A stretch of DNA of 50,840 nucleotides, filler included, from Mitosporidium daphniae (lineage: Eukaryota): the NCBI RefSeq assembly GCF_000760515.2. It is 2 parts of 2 records of this genome, joined end to end, with 100 filler letters (N's around TTAATTAATTAA, not from the genome) between each part and the next. Parts side by side here need not be neighbours in the genome. Positions count along the whole stretch, not along the records: positions 1 to 25,480 come from NW_013546150.1; 1 more part is not named here. One strand, written 5' to 3'. Shown one piece after another: positions 1-10,852 of this stretch. A program made the translations under genes and the position numbers. Below the pieces are notes generated by a model, which did no database searches, was not told where the DNA came from, and was given only the letters and a program-made list of their open reading frames with translations. Numbering within the stretch: the first letter of the stretch is position 1; each line of letters begins with the position of its first letter.

Positions 1-147
1 TTAGCTGGACGATAGGCAGCCTTAGCCAGATGATCGGTCGCATTAACTGGACGATCGGTGGCATTAGCCAGATGATGCATAGAACTAGTCGGACGATATA
101 TGGAGTTAACTGGACGATCGGTACTATTAACTCGATGATCGGTAACA
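1..147. repeat. Seven degenerate 21-nt tandem repeats (coding heptapeptide repeat, consensus ~N-A-T-D-R-P-V)
   Basis: Units such as ttagctggacgataggcagcc / ttagccagatgatcggtcgca / ttaactggacgatcggtggca / ttaactggacgatcggtacta, spaced at 21 nt. Confidence 0.85.
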
Positions 148-1400
148 TTCAAGTTTGACACCTTACTATCATTGGCAACTAAAATCAGAAAGTCGTACAA
201 AAATTTCATCTCATCATTACCAAGGCTTTTGTTTGCGGAAAAATGGTTGCACATGGAGCGAAATCGGATCTCGTGGTTTTTAATTTTAGCTAAAGTGGAT
301 TCAACATCAAAATCTTTGATTGTCGCATTTGGAAAATGAGATTCATTAGCCTTATTGGGCAATTCAATAATGGCTTTCATACTTTCATTGCCCACATTCA
401 AAGAGACAGAGTTGTTTTTAAAGTCTTCTGTAAAATTACCATTTAGCAATTGCATTCGCGAGGAAGGCTTTGATCGCGGAGATAGTTGGGGAGAGGATTG
501 TACTGTAAATTGAGACTGAGGCGGCAATGGTGCATATTTTCTAGAAAAAGAGGCTTCTTCAGAAGCAGGTCCTCGTGAAAAAGAAGAATGTGACATGGGT
601 CTGGATAAATTGGGAGTGATTATGCGATCCAGAATCAAAGTCTCTTTCTTGTAAGCTGAGCTACCTTCTTTCATAGGTTTATCAGAGCTAAAATTACTTG
701 GGTAAAATGGATCTTGGCGACTTTTAATTAAAGAAGGACACAACAGGAAAACGAATAAAGTGGCATCAGGAAAGAAAAGCAAAATTTCAAAAAAGAGCAA
801 AATGGAAGAAACCAATTCTGCACGGTCAAAGCTAAAGCTGGTTGAAGCGATAGCATTTGCGACGCATACATCGGTACTTCCTGAAATAACTTGAGGCGGG
901 CTAAACCCATTATTTTCAGATAGCACCTTCATCAGAGGCTCACCAGACTCCAAAAGCTTTCGTCTCCGTTCATGACGAAGCTGCCTCATATCGCATGGCG
1001 AATTGGATGCAAGCAAAGATGTCTGATTTTGCAGAAATATTTTCTCGCTTTCACGTAGTGCATTTGGATATGGCTCCAACATAGTAAATGTGGCAACTGT
1101 AATCGGAATAATTGAAAAGAAATGTATGACTTCCTGTTCTTCTTCGGAGAGCCCAGATGTATTAAGGAGAGCCAGTACAACAGAAAAAAGAGCTATCAAA
1201 GATCTAACTGTTTTTTTGATGAGAATACAAAGGAGCCTGTCCTTGATTCCAGAGGCATAGAAATAATATGATGACACGCCAAGAGCAAAAAGAAAGGCCC
1301 CATTGCTAATTAAAGGTGCTGACGGTTGTGCCTGGTTCATCTGGTAAAATCCATGGGTATTTATATCAGCACTTGACTGTACACTACCCGTACGATGCAT
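1..1400 (-). CDS. Hypothetical protein, 3'-truncated by the window edge (>460 aa), with 7-aa repeats near the edge
   Basis: Hand translation of the minus strand from ATG at 1400 (alternative ATG at 1340) is open to position 1: MHRTGSVQSS...MNQAQPSAPL...NVTDHRVNSTDRPVNSIYRPTSSMHHLANATDRPVNATDHLAKAAYRPA. Absent from the ORF track, probably because there is no stop in the window. No family recognised. Confidence 0.75.
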   Translation of the reverse strand, partial: MHRTGSVQSSADINTHGFYQMNQAQPSAPLISNGAFLFALGVSSYYFYASGIKDRLLCILIKKTVRSLIALFSVVLALLNTSGLSEEEQEVIHFFSIIPITVATFTMLEPYPNALRESEKIFLQNQTSLLASNSPCDMRQLRHERRRKLLESGEPLMKVLSENNGFSPPQVISGSTDVCVANAIASTSFSFDRAELVSSILLFFEILLFFPDATLFVFLLCPSLIKSRQDPFYPSNFSSDKPMKEGSSAYKKETLILDRIITPNLSRPMSHSSFSRGPASEEASFSRKYAPLPPQSQFTVQSSPQLSPRSKPSSRMQLLNGNFTEDFKNNSVSLNVGNESMKAIIELPNKANESHFPNATIKDFDVESTLAKIKNHEIRFRSMCNHFSANKSLGNDEMKFLYDFLILVANDSKVSNLNVTDHRVNSTDRPVNSIYRPTSSMHHLANATDRPVNATDHLAKAAYRPA

Positions 1401-1523
1401 AACTGGATGAGGTTGAAAGAATTGCCATGTGAAATACAACTACAAGGCGATTGGTAAATTAATTACCAAATAAAATGGTACATGTTATTTGAAGAATTAA
1501 ATTCAAGGCTAAAATTTAATTTC

Positions 1524-2626
1524 ATGTCAGCACCAAGCTCTGTAATTGTTCATCCTTTGGTGCTATTATCAGCTGTTGATCATTATGCCAGGGTCTATGG
1601 TGTACCATTACCTTCCTCTTTTGATGAAAAATACCAATCTAGCAAAAGTAGGAAAAGGGCTGTTGGAATCCTTCTGGGAAATTACGCTGCCTCCAGAGAT
1701 GGGCAGATCACTGTAAATGTAGCCAGTTCGTATGCGGGTATTTTCGGTCATTTTTATTGCATAGTACCATTTGAGGAAGACGACAAAAATCCTGAAATTT
1801 GGTATTTGGACCATAATTTTCATGAGGCCATGTATGAGCTATGCCGTAAAGTCAATGGTACGACGATATTCGTCTAAATGTTACTTGTAGCCAAAGAGAA
1901 AATAGTGGGATGGTACCATACTGGCCCCATTTTGTGCCAGTCCGATATAAACATTCATACCTCAATTATGGCAAAGTATCGGCGATTTGCTTTCATTGTA
2001 GGTACACTTCCAACCCGATTCTGGTTATCATTGATGTAGCCCCGGAGAGCGATTCCATCCCAATCAAATCATACTCTTGCTTTGCAGATCCATCTACGTT
2101 TTCACATATTGCCTGCACAATTGGGGCAGAAGAAGCCGAAGAAATCGGAGTTGCTCACCTACTCAGAGACGTTTCATCTACAAAGAAACCATCAATAGAA
2201 AATCCGAGCCTCGCCATCAATCAGAAGGTGCCCATTTGTAGTGAGGAAGACACTCCCCCCGCATTGGCGCTTTTGTCTTCCATTGAGACTGAAATCGTTC
2301 CCCTTGCCATCAAGCATGACAATTTTATTTATTCGCTGTCGACCCTAGTGGACAATCTGAAGGCCATTGTTAAATTTTTGGATGACATTTCGACCGAAAA
2401 TTTGCAGTCAAAAACGTTCATCATGAATCCAAAGATAAATTATCTGCTGCAAGATATTATTCACCTTTTGCCTTCGGCAGAGGATGACATTTCTGGAGCA
2501 ATTGTCCAAACTTCAAACGACCGTGCCGCCATGACATATATTTCCACACTAACAAAGACAGTCATCGCTCTTCACAGCCTGATCGATAATAAGCTTTCAA
2601 ACAAGACAGTTTCGGCCGCCTCATAA
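1524..2626 (+). CDS. RPN8: 26S proteasome lid subunit Rpn8/PSMD7 (MPN domain), 4 exons
   Basis: [79 protein letters not shown] introns at 1738-1764 (27 nt, in frame), 1858-1890 (33 nt) and 1976-2001 (26 nt) restore the conserved sequence. Confidence 0.95.
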
Positions 2627-2748
2627 TTGCAAATAAATCCTGAGATTTTCGTGCTCCTTTGAATTATAGAAATGGCCACAGCATGCCGAATTTTCACATG
2701 GCCGTCCATCAATGTACTATTGATGCTGCCTGTATGTTTATTGATAAT

Positions 2749-3051
2749 CTAGTACACTGCTACTCCGAGCAGCACGAAACATATGCCCACTGCTGTGCGT
2801 GGTTTAATCTCATTCCGTAGGTAAAGGCTGCTAACCAATGTAGTTGATATCAGAGAAAGCGAATTTGCAAGTGTTTGCAGTCCGGCTATTTCCATTTTGT
2901 TGGACAAAAAGAAAAAGATAACGGATCCTGTCAGATTTACAAGAACACACAGCGAATAGTAAAGCCTATTGTTGATGTAGCATTTAAACAAAGCATCGGT
3001 GGTGCCCCATAAAAGCGCAACAAGGACAAGCAACATTGTAGCTTGCTCCAT
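2749..3051 (-). CDS. TMEM234: Small multi-pass membrane protein, TMEM234/EamA-like
   Basis: About 100 aa with ~4 hydrophobic segments. LVALLWGTT, VNLTGSVIFF, LANSLS and GICFVLLGV resemble TMEM234 motifs. First ATG at 3051. Confidence 0.7.
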   Translation of the reverse strand: MEQATMLLVLVALLWGTTDALFKCYINNRLYYSLCVLVNLTGSVIFFFLSNKMEIAGLQTLANSLSLISTTLVSSLYLRNEIKPRTAVGICFVLLGVAVY

Positions 3052-3318
3052 TATCAAGGGAATCTGCGAATTAATTGGAATTTGCAATTAGCTTTCCCAA
3101 GGGACAAGTAAAAAAAGGGCATACTCAAAACATGATGGCCATCAATTGGCATCACATCGGATGCTGTAAAATGGTTGCAATTAAATGTTGTGTGTGCACT
3201 TGGTGGCCGAAATCAACTGCAAAAGTAGCAACTGCTTTTAGCCAATCGAGGATTTATTGCCAAATGTGCACTTTATGCACTTCTAAACGCCCATTGAACA
3301 ACACTCACACCGCTTGCC

Positions 3319-4872
3319 TTACTTGAGAGGCAAAACTAAACTGTCAACGAGGTAATTTGTTGCGTTGCTTGAGGGGGTGCTTATCTCAAGTAATTTGGCG
3401 ACAAACGGAAAAAGATCTATACACGAAAATGGAGCAAACTTTGAATAAGGCGCTTGAAGTTGACCGGTTTTCCTTATTCTACCTCCGTGCGCTAGAAAAA
3501 TGGCTTCCATTTCCGCATTAGGAAGAGGATACCCATGTGCACCAAGTGGTGGAGGGGAAACAGTCCGACTCGAAAAGTAATATGCTGGTTCGCATACGAC
3601 AATGATGGGCGCTATCCTGTCATTATTACCATAATTCCATTCGGAGGGAAGTTCCGACTTTAAATACACCTTAAATTTCCCATGTTTGCGGGAGTATTCT
3701 GATAATTTACTATGGATCTCCTTTCCATCTACAGGGTTAGGAAATACTTGAATACAATCGTCTGCCAGCGGCCTTATAAAGGAAATGGTGTTATAGGAGA
3801 CCGAAAAGGTTAAATTCAGAGGGAAAATATCTTCTGCATAAACGATATTTTTTGAGGGAACATGTGTCATCCCATGGTCGCTAACGACGATCAGGTTGAT
3901 TTCTTCAAAAATATTCCTTGTTTTCAACTCTTCAATCAAAAAGGCAATAGCATTATCAACATCTGTCAGGGCATCGTTGATCTAAAACTTTAAATTCAAT
4001 CAATCCCAACCTCTTTCGAGTTGGGGCCATAGGTATGGCCAATAATATCGGTGGTCGGTAAATAGGTTGCTATAAAAGACGGTCTAATTGATGGCGGATA
4101 ATCAATCCATTTTAAAATGTTCTTCATCTGTTTTATGCTCCCATAGTTATCTTGATACCTAATCAGATGGGTGGGTATTCGACCGTTAATAACGGTCGTG
4201 CAGCCGGGCCAAAATGCAACGGCAGATGCTAACCCTTGCTCCTGGGCTATGTTCCAAATCTAAAAATAAGGAACAAAAGGATACCGGATTTGATTTCCAC
4301 CATTTCGGATCTTTCATCGTTGGGTTCCTAATCATAAAATGATCTTTTAAATTTGGATCGTAAAATTCATTGTTGATAATCCCGTGGATATCTGGATATA
4401 CGCCAGTCACCATAGAAAAATGGTTTGGGAATGTCAAGCTAGGAAAGATCGGATGCATATCTGAACTGATGCCGTCTTTTGCAAGCTTTTTAAGCGCCGG
4501 AACGCAGTGCCTGGTAAGATACTCTGAGCGGAATCCGTCCAGGGAAATCATAACAACAGTTTGATTCCAGCTTTTCCATTTGCTTTTATGTTTAAAGTTT
4601 TGGCTCTCAGCAGGCGTTGCCTCCTCATTTAATGAAACGACGTCTTGAGAAATGATATTTTTTAGCTTTAAAATATCGTCATCATCATCGCTCAATAGAC
4701 GAGATAAATTGAAGTCGCTAATATTGTAAATAAGAAAGCCCAAAATTGCAAAGCAAAGGATAAAGCTCACGATCAAATATGAGGACAATCGATTTCTATG
4801 CCGCTTCTGAAGTCTGTTAGAAAAAACTACATCTGAATTATGGTCCGGTTTTGGGGGAAGGAATGAGCTCAT
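3319..4872 (-). CDS. NPP1: Type II membrane ectonucleotide pyrophosphatase/phosphodiesterase (ENPP/NPP, alkaline phosphatase superfamily), 3 exons
   Basis: N-terminal TM; VVMISLDGFR, PSLTFPNHFSMVTGVYPDIHGIINN (catalytic Thr), D..GHTYGPNS, IVVSDHGM, GAHGY. Introns at 4260-4284 (25 nt) and 3982-4010 (29 nt). Confidence 0.93.
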
Positions 4873-4976
4873 ACAAACCCGACACGCAGCGAGTTACTAT
4901 AGAAATTAAATTTTCATTGGCCAAAATTCGTTTCAATCAAAATCCCAATACAACTTTGGGTGTTTTAATTTTAACT

Positions 4977-7767
4977 ATGAACCATCAGTGTCCCATTGAT
5001 CCAAGTATAGCGGGCTCATATGATAAATGTGTCCTTCCATCGGATGTCATCCCAAGTGACTATGTTATTGAACTCCATGTCAATCTTAATAGTTCCGAAT
5101 TTTTTGGATTAGTAATTGTTGAGATTGCCATTGTAAATACCACCAATAAGATAGTGCTGAATGCCAAGGATTTAAGCATTTCTCGAAAATCATTGCTTAT
5201 TATAGACTCTAAAAAGTAATTGTGCTCTCCATCTTACTCTATTAGCTATTACCCCAGTAACATTTTATACGACGATAAAAAAGAACAAATTTCTTTCGAA
5301 TTTCTCAGGGATTTTCAAACAGGAATGAAGGGATCTCTTTATGTTTACTTCCAAGCAAATATAGGTGACAAATTAATTGGATTTTACAAGTCAACATATA
5401 ATACAAATGATGGCACAATCAGGTAAGCCCCATGTCTTTTCCCCCACAACTTTAGACAACTTGCTTTAACAAAATTTGAACCAACACATGCCAGAAGGGC
5501 ATTTCCTTGCTGGGACGAGCCAGATAAAAAGGCAAAATTTACCATTTCCCTCCAGGTGCGCAACCACCTCACTGCGCTTTCAAACATGAATGAGAATGTG
5601 AATGTCGTGAAGCATATTTCTCTCTCCCACGAAGAGGGGTGGAAAATCGTCAGCTTTGCCACGTCGGTAACGATGTCGACGTATTTGGTTGCCTTTGTGG
5701 TTGGCGAGATCGAGTTCATTGAAGCATTCACGAAAAATGGAAACATCCCCGTTCGCGTCTATGCACCCATCGGCTTCATCCACCAGGGCCACTTTGCCTT
5801 GGATGTCGGAGTGAAGACGCTCGACTTTTTCACCGAGTACTTTGGAGAATCTTATCCGCTTCCAAAAATGGACATGATTGCCATTCCAGACTTTGCCTCC
5901 GGGGCAATGGAGAACTGGGGCCTCGTCACATACCGAATGACCCTGCTGCTTTTTGACGACCAATCGTCAACGCTGAAAACCAAGCAGCAGGTTGCATATG
6001 TCGTGGGCCACGAGCTGGCCCACCAGTGGTTTGGCAATCTCGTCACCATGCAATGGTGGTCTGACCTTTGGCTCAACGAGGGCTTTGCCACATGGGCAGG
6101 GTGGCTTGCAGCCGACCACATCTTTCCAAAATGGGAGATCTGGACCGAATTTGTGGTGGACGACCTGCAGTCTGGATTGGCTCTGGACTCGCTCCGCTCG
6201 TCGCACCCAATTGAGGTGCCAGTGAGAGACCCGTCTGAGATTTCGCAAATTTTTGACTCCATCTCCTACTCCAAGGGCGCATCTGTGATCCGGATGTTGG
6301 AAGCATATCTTGGGCCAAAGGTGTTCCAAAAGGGCCTTCAAAACTACATCCAAAAGCATCTCTACTCCAACGCCCGCACTGATGACCTGTGGGCCGCCCT
6401 TGATGCGACCTCTGGAAAGGACGTCACCCAAATGATGGCGCTTTGGACCCGCAAAATTGGCGTACGCGTTGCTTTGGGTTTTACTTTTTTCTTAGTATCC
6501 GGTTTTGACGGTCTCCCTTCCCACACACTCGCCGTCGACACTTGTGGTGGAGCAGCATCGGTTCCTGTCCTCTGGAGATGTGCAGCCCATCGATGACGAG
6601 TCCATCTGGCATGTGCCGCTGAACCTTATTTTTGGGTCTCTCACATCGAACACACCGCCATCGACCGCACACCCGCTCGTGCTGATGGAGCGAAGGCGAG
6701 AGATTTCCATCCCAACCCTGGATAGCTCGGACAATTTCATCAAACTCAACGGCGGCCAAACCGGCTTTTACAGGGTTTCCTATCCTGCAGACATGATCGA
6801 AAAGCTTGGCAATGCCGTGATCGCCGGCATGCTAAGTGCCTCGGACCGGCTGGGGATTTTGAATGATGCCTTCAGCCTGGCATTTGCGCTGCACGTGCCC
6901 ACGGTCGATGCGTTGGGTCTTTTGGAAAAATATGTTTCCGAAACGGATCTCATCATTTGGATGGAAATCAGCGGCCAGCTGAGCAAGCTGAGATCCATTT
7001 TTTTTGAGCATGCAGAGGACACTCGAGCTTCGCTTGCCAATTTGACGCTGCAGCTTTTTTCGCCGCTTGTTGAGCGTCTTGGATGGGATTTTTCCTCTTC
7101 AGATTCAGACAAAGTCTCCCTTTTGCGTGCACTAGCCATTTCTGTGTGCGGGTCAAATGGCAATCAGCGCGTGCTTGCCGAGGCCAGACGCCGCTTCGAT
7201 CTGTTTGCGGACAAGGGAGATCTTTCCGCACTGCATCCGAACATTCGCGGGCCGGTGTTTTCGATGCTGGCCAAGTATGGCGGTCTTTCGGAGTATGAAA
7301 AGATTCACCAAATTTACGTGACCTCCGTGAACGTGGCAGATGCCAAAGTGATTGCCCTCTCGGCGCTGTCCTCGACCCGCCAGCCAGAGCTGATACGACG
7401 CACGCTTGAAATGGCGTTGGACCGTACCAAGGTCAAGTCGCAGGACATCATTTACATTTTCCGAAACATTGCCGGAAATGAAGCTGCTCGCCGCGTGACA
7501 TGGGATTTTGTAAAGGCGCACTGGAACGAGCTACATGATGAATTCTACAGAGGCTCGCTTTCCCTGCTCTCCTCTGTCGTGGGTGCAAGTACCGGGATGC
7601 TCACCAAAATCGAGGATGCCATTGAGGTGAAGAAATTCTTTGAACAGCAAAAGGACGTCGCTGCCATTGCCCGTGTCGTTGAGCAGTCGCTGGAAAAGAT
7701 CAAGAATTCTGCCCAGTGGATTGAAAAGGAATCTGCTTGCGTTGAGAAATGGCTAAAATCCAAATAA
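4977..7767 (+). CDS. M1 zinc aminopeptidase (puromycin-sensitive/Ape2-like) with C-terminal ERAP1-like helical domain, 4 exons
   Basis: FEPTHARRAFPCWDEP, MSTYLVAFVVG, GAMENWGLVTYR, HELAHQWFGNLVT...WLNEGFA, SYSKGASVIRML, GYPVLTV. Introns at 5216-5245 (30 nt), 5423-5455 (33 nt) and 6462-6495 (34 nt). Confidence 0.95.
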
Positions 7768-8164
7768 ATTGCCCCCATGTGTTGCGCATTGCTATTTTCA
7801 AGCGGAAGAAGCCCGAGTTGCCTCCTGGGCCGGCTGTGCCTGTTTGAGTGGCTGGCCTGGGCCAACCCGGCGATCGCTCTCAAAAGGCCCACCTTGTTGA
7901 GATGCCCGGCCGAGAAATCACACGAAAAATCCAGAGCTTGACTTGTTTGCGCTTACCGCAAAAGGGTCTATTATTTTGAGGCGAAATTTAAATTGTTAGT
8001 TTACATGGAGCCATTGAAAGCGCCAGGGCGCATGGCTGATTATTATCGGTACACATGCCCCCCCATTGGCCAATAGCTAATTTTTGCACATTCCGCACGC
8101 CAATCAATAGTTGTCAACGGCATGTTTGAGCTAGCAAGTGAGCTTTATTTTACATTTTTTGGCG

Positions 8165-9655
8165 ATGCACGTTTCCAGCTCCATCGTAAGACGAGCAGTA
8201 TGTGTCACCGTTCTCGTGTTTTTAATCGTTGTGGCTCTGGTTTTGAAAAGCCCGACATCGTCTGGGGAGCCATCAACTGCGGCTGCAGCTGCCACGCCCA
8301 GTGCCATCTTGATCCCCAAAGTCGAAAACGCCTCCTCCAAAACATCGCGGATAATCTCACTCCAAAAACAGGACTCATTTATGTGGCTAAAAAATTCCAT
8401 AAAAAAGATGCAGACCCACTATACGGGTTTAGATGGCATGCTGACTGTAGCAATTACAGCGTGTATTTGCATCGCTACGCTACTTGCGTTAAGAGTTGCA
8501 TATGGTCTGGCCGTTCCGGCACGTTCTCGATCGAAGCATCTTCATACTTATATATTCAAGCTAGCTGGGATATGCACGGTGATCGGCTTTAGCGCTTATT
8601 TCATATCTTCCACAAATTCCTCCACAAATTCCCCCACAGATTCATCCACAAATTCCTCCAAAAATTCCTCCACAGATTCCCCCACAGATTCCTCCAAAGA
8701 TCAAAAAGCTGAATACAACAGAGCTAATGGATTATTCTGTAATTTCGCAGGTAAATATCCTGATTACACATGGAGGTTGAAAAATGTGACCGACTTTTAT
8801 GTTTTCTTCAATGGGTCTCAAGATAGGACGTATTTTCCTTCAGCATTGAAGCCCATGTTTTACTTTCCCAGGCAGGATGGCTTTTTTACTGCAGAAAAAA
8901 TCCCGTCCAACGAAACTAGCAGCCCACCCAAATGGATTAGGTCTTTTTATTGCACCGAGTCTATCGAATCATTTCTCAAAATCTTTTTCATTTCTAGAGG
9001 CTTTGTTAATAACAAATCTTTTCCTGGGGAAACCTTTCGTGATGAATTAGATCACCACATGAAATGTGTTGACAATCGACAAAGCTTTCTTTTGATCCTT
9101 ACGGAAAACTTGGACTCTTTTCTCAAGAACGACGACGAAATATCCCAGTTTTTTGACCAGAAAACTCTAAAAAACGAAGATTTAGTACAAAAGTTTTTCA
9201 AAGGCAATTATTCAAATGCTGCTGAAGAGGAGCAGAAACTACGGTATGCTGTATCTACTCATTTCAAGAAATGGGCTGATCATGCACTGGTGCCAGCTGT
9301 AATTCAATCCCATGGTGTAAATATTACCGTGAAAGAAGACAACACCCTTTCTTTTAAAGGGGCAAAAGGTAAAATCTGGGAATTGGGAAACTATGTTGCT
9401 AAAAACGATTCAAATTTCACCTTTTCGCTTCAAGGCTTGACGAGCGGTGTATTAAAGATACCCATTTTGGGTGAAAAGCTCGAACCTTTAGATCTGCTCA
9501 AGGGAATATATATTTGGAATCAAGATAAAATGGATAACTTGGATCATATGAATATGAATATGAAGGCTGCACAGGGCGCGTTGATTGATGCAAGTAATTC
9601 CACAATTACGCTATTGGGATACATGTATCGGAATTTAACCGCCAAAAATAGTTAG
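8165..9655 (+). CDS. Orphan membrane-anchored protein (about 3 N-terminal hydrophobic segments, S/T-rich linker, C-terminal domain of unknown function)
   Basis: Intronless ORF of about 496 aa from the first ATG at 8165. Hydrophobic segments VCVTVLVFLIVVALVL, MLTVAITACICIATLLAL and LAGICTVIGFSAYFI; many N-x-S/T sites. Confidence 0.8.
   Translation: MHVSSSIVRRAVCVTVLVFLIVVALVLKSPTSSGEPSTAAAAATPSAILIPKVENASSKTSRIISLQKQDSFMWLKNSIKKMQTHYTGLDGMLTVAITACICIATLLALRVAYGLAVPARSRSKHLHTYIFKLAGICTVIGFSAYFISSTNSSTNSPTDSSTNSSKNSSTDSPTDSSKDQKAEYNRANGLFCNFAGKYPDYTWRLKNVTDFYVFFNGSQDRTYFPSALKPMFYFPRQDGFFTAEKIPSNETSSPPKWIRSFYCTESIESFLKIFFISRGFVNNKSFPGETFRDELDHHMKCVDNRQSFLLILTENLDSFLKNDDEISQFFDQKTLKNEDLVQKFFKGNYSNAAEEEQKLRYAVSTHFKKWADHALVPAVIQSHGVNITVKEDNTLSFKGAKGKIWELGNYVAKNDSNFTFSLQGLTSGVLKIPILGEKLEPLDLLKGIYIWNQDKMDNLDHMNMNMKAAQGALIDASNSTITLLGYMYRNLTAKNS
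8609..8701. repeat. 12-nt tandem repeat (about 7.5 copies) encoding S-T-N/D-S units
   Basis: tccacaaattcc tccacaaattcc cccacagattca tccacaaattcc tccaaaaattcc tccacagattcc cccacagattcc tccaaagat. Confidence 0.9.
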
Positions 9656-9728
9656 TTCGAAGTTTGTTGGTGCGCCAATCGCCATTAAGAGGGGTCTATA
9701 AAATTAAAATTTAAAATATCAATTCCAC

Positions 9729-10737
9729 ATGCAAGCATTGAAAGCCGAATTAGAGGCGAAAAAGGCATCACTTGAATATACACGCTCAGAATCACGTAAA
9801 TTGTACGTTGCAAGAAGAGATATTGAAAAAGAGCGCGTGAACTCGTATCTATCTGCACATGAGGAGCGCCAATTGGTCAAAAAGAGATGCATTCCCCCAC
9901 AAGAGACTGTTCCGTGTCAGCCTATTTCTTCTGCAGAAAAAAAGGAAGCATTACCCCACCAAGCTTCTTACAGCAAAGCTGCAACGATAAAGATAAACAC
10001 AATTGAAAATTCAGAGGAGAACCGATTTTCCACGCTTCTTTTCGAGCATCAAGACACACTTTCTCTCGATCTCAAGATGAACAAAGAACACGGCATGACA
10101 TCACACGAGTTCCTTTTCCTATTTTTCAAGTTTGTTCATTTTAATTTCTCACATTAGAAAATTGCTACTAGAATGGGAAAAGGCCGAGATCCGGCAAGAA
10201 CCAACCAACGGACAGGTGCTCCATCCTCAACTGCCCCACGAGCATAAGCCCAGGGCATTTCCGGAAAATCAAATGGCCCTGAAGGGCGTCGAAACGAAAA
10301 TGGACCAGCCTGAATCTTTGCATCTGAAGGTGATTAGCGAATTGCAGCCTGTTGTCAGGAACAAGCAGTTTCTTTCCGAAATTTTTACCCAAACCAGCCA
10401 ATATTTGATGCCGTTTTTTGTGCTTTTGCAAGAACAAAATATTCCGGACTCGGTGATTGAACACCTTATGGAGATTGTCGGCTTTTTGCAGACGAAACAA
10501 TATGTCAAGGCAAACGACGCCTATATACGCCTCTCAATAGGTAATGCGCCATGGCCTATTGGCGTAACCATGGTTTGTATACATGAGCGTTCAGCTCGGG
10601 AGCGTATTCACTCGAATCAGGTAGCACATGTGCTAAACGATGAGCGTCAACGCAAGTGGATCCAGTCCATCAAGCGGTTGATTTCCTTTTGCCAACGCGC
10701 ATACCCACCTGCCCGTATTACGCAGGCTCTAGGCTAG
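9729..10737 (+). CDS. PRP18: Pre-mRNA splicing factor Prp18, 2 exons
   Basis: YVKANDAYIRLSIGNAPWPIGVTMVCIHERSARERI...VAHVLNDERQRKWIQSIKRLISFCQR is the Prp18 signature. Intron at 10130-10157 (28 nt, GTTTGT..TAG). Confidence 0.95.
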
Positions 10738-10852
10738 CTATAAATACCGCAGGGTCTCGTCTCATTTGGAAATCGGGGGGGGGTTTAATTTCCATTTCGC
10801 TAGCGTTCTGACTCCGCCCTTTGATTTGTTTTGGTCTAGTTGTATGATTAGT

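Noticed and set aside
1..147. Regularly spaced repeats resembling a CRISPR array (also 25984-26079)
   Set aside because: Tandem in-frame coding repeats without unique spacers, in a eukaryotic context with no cas genes.
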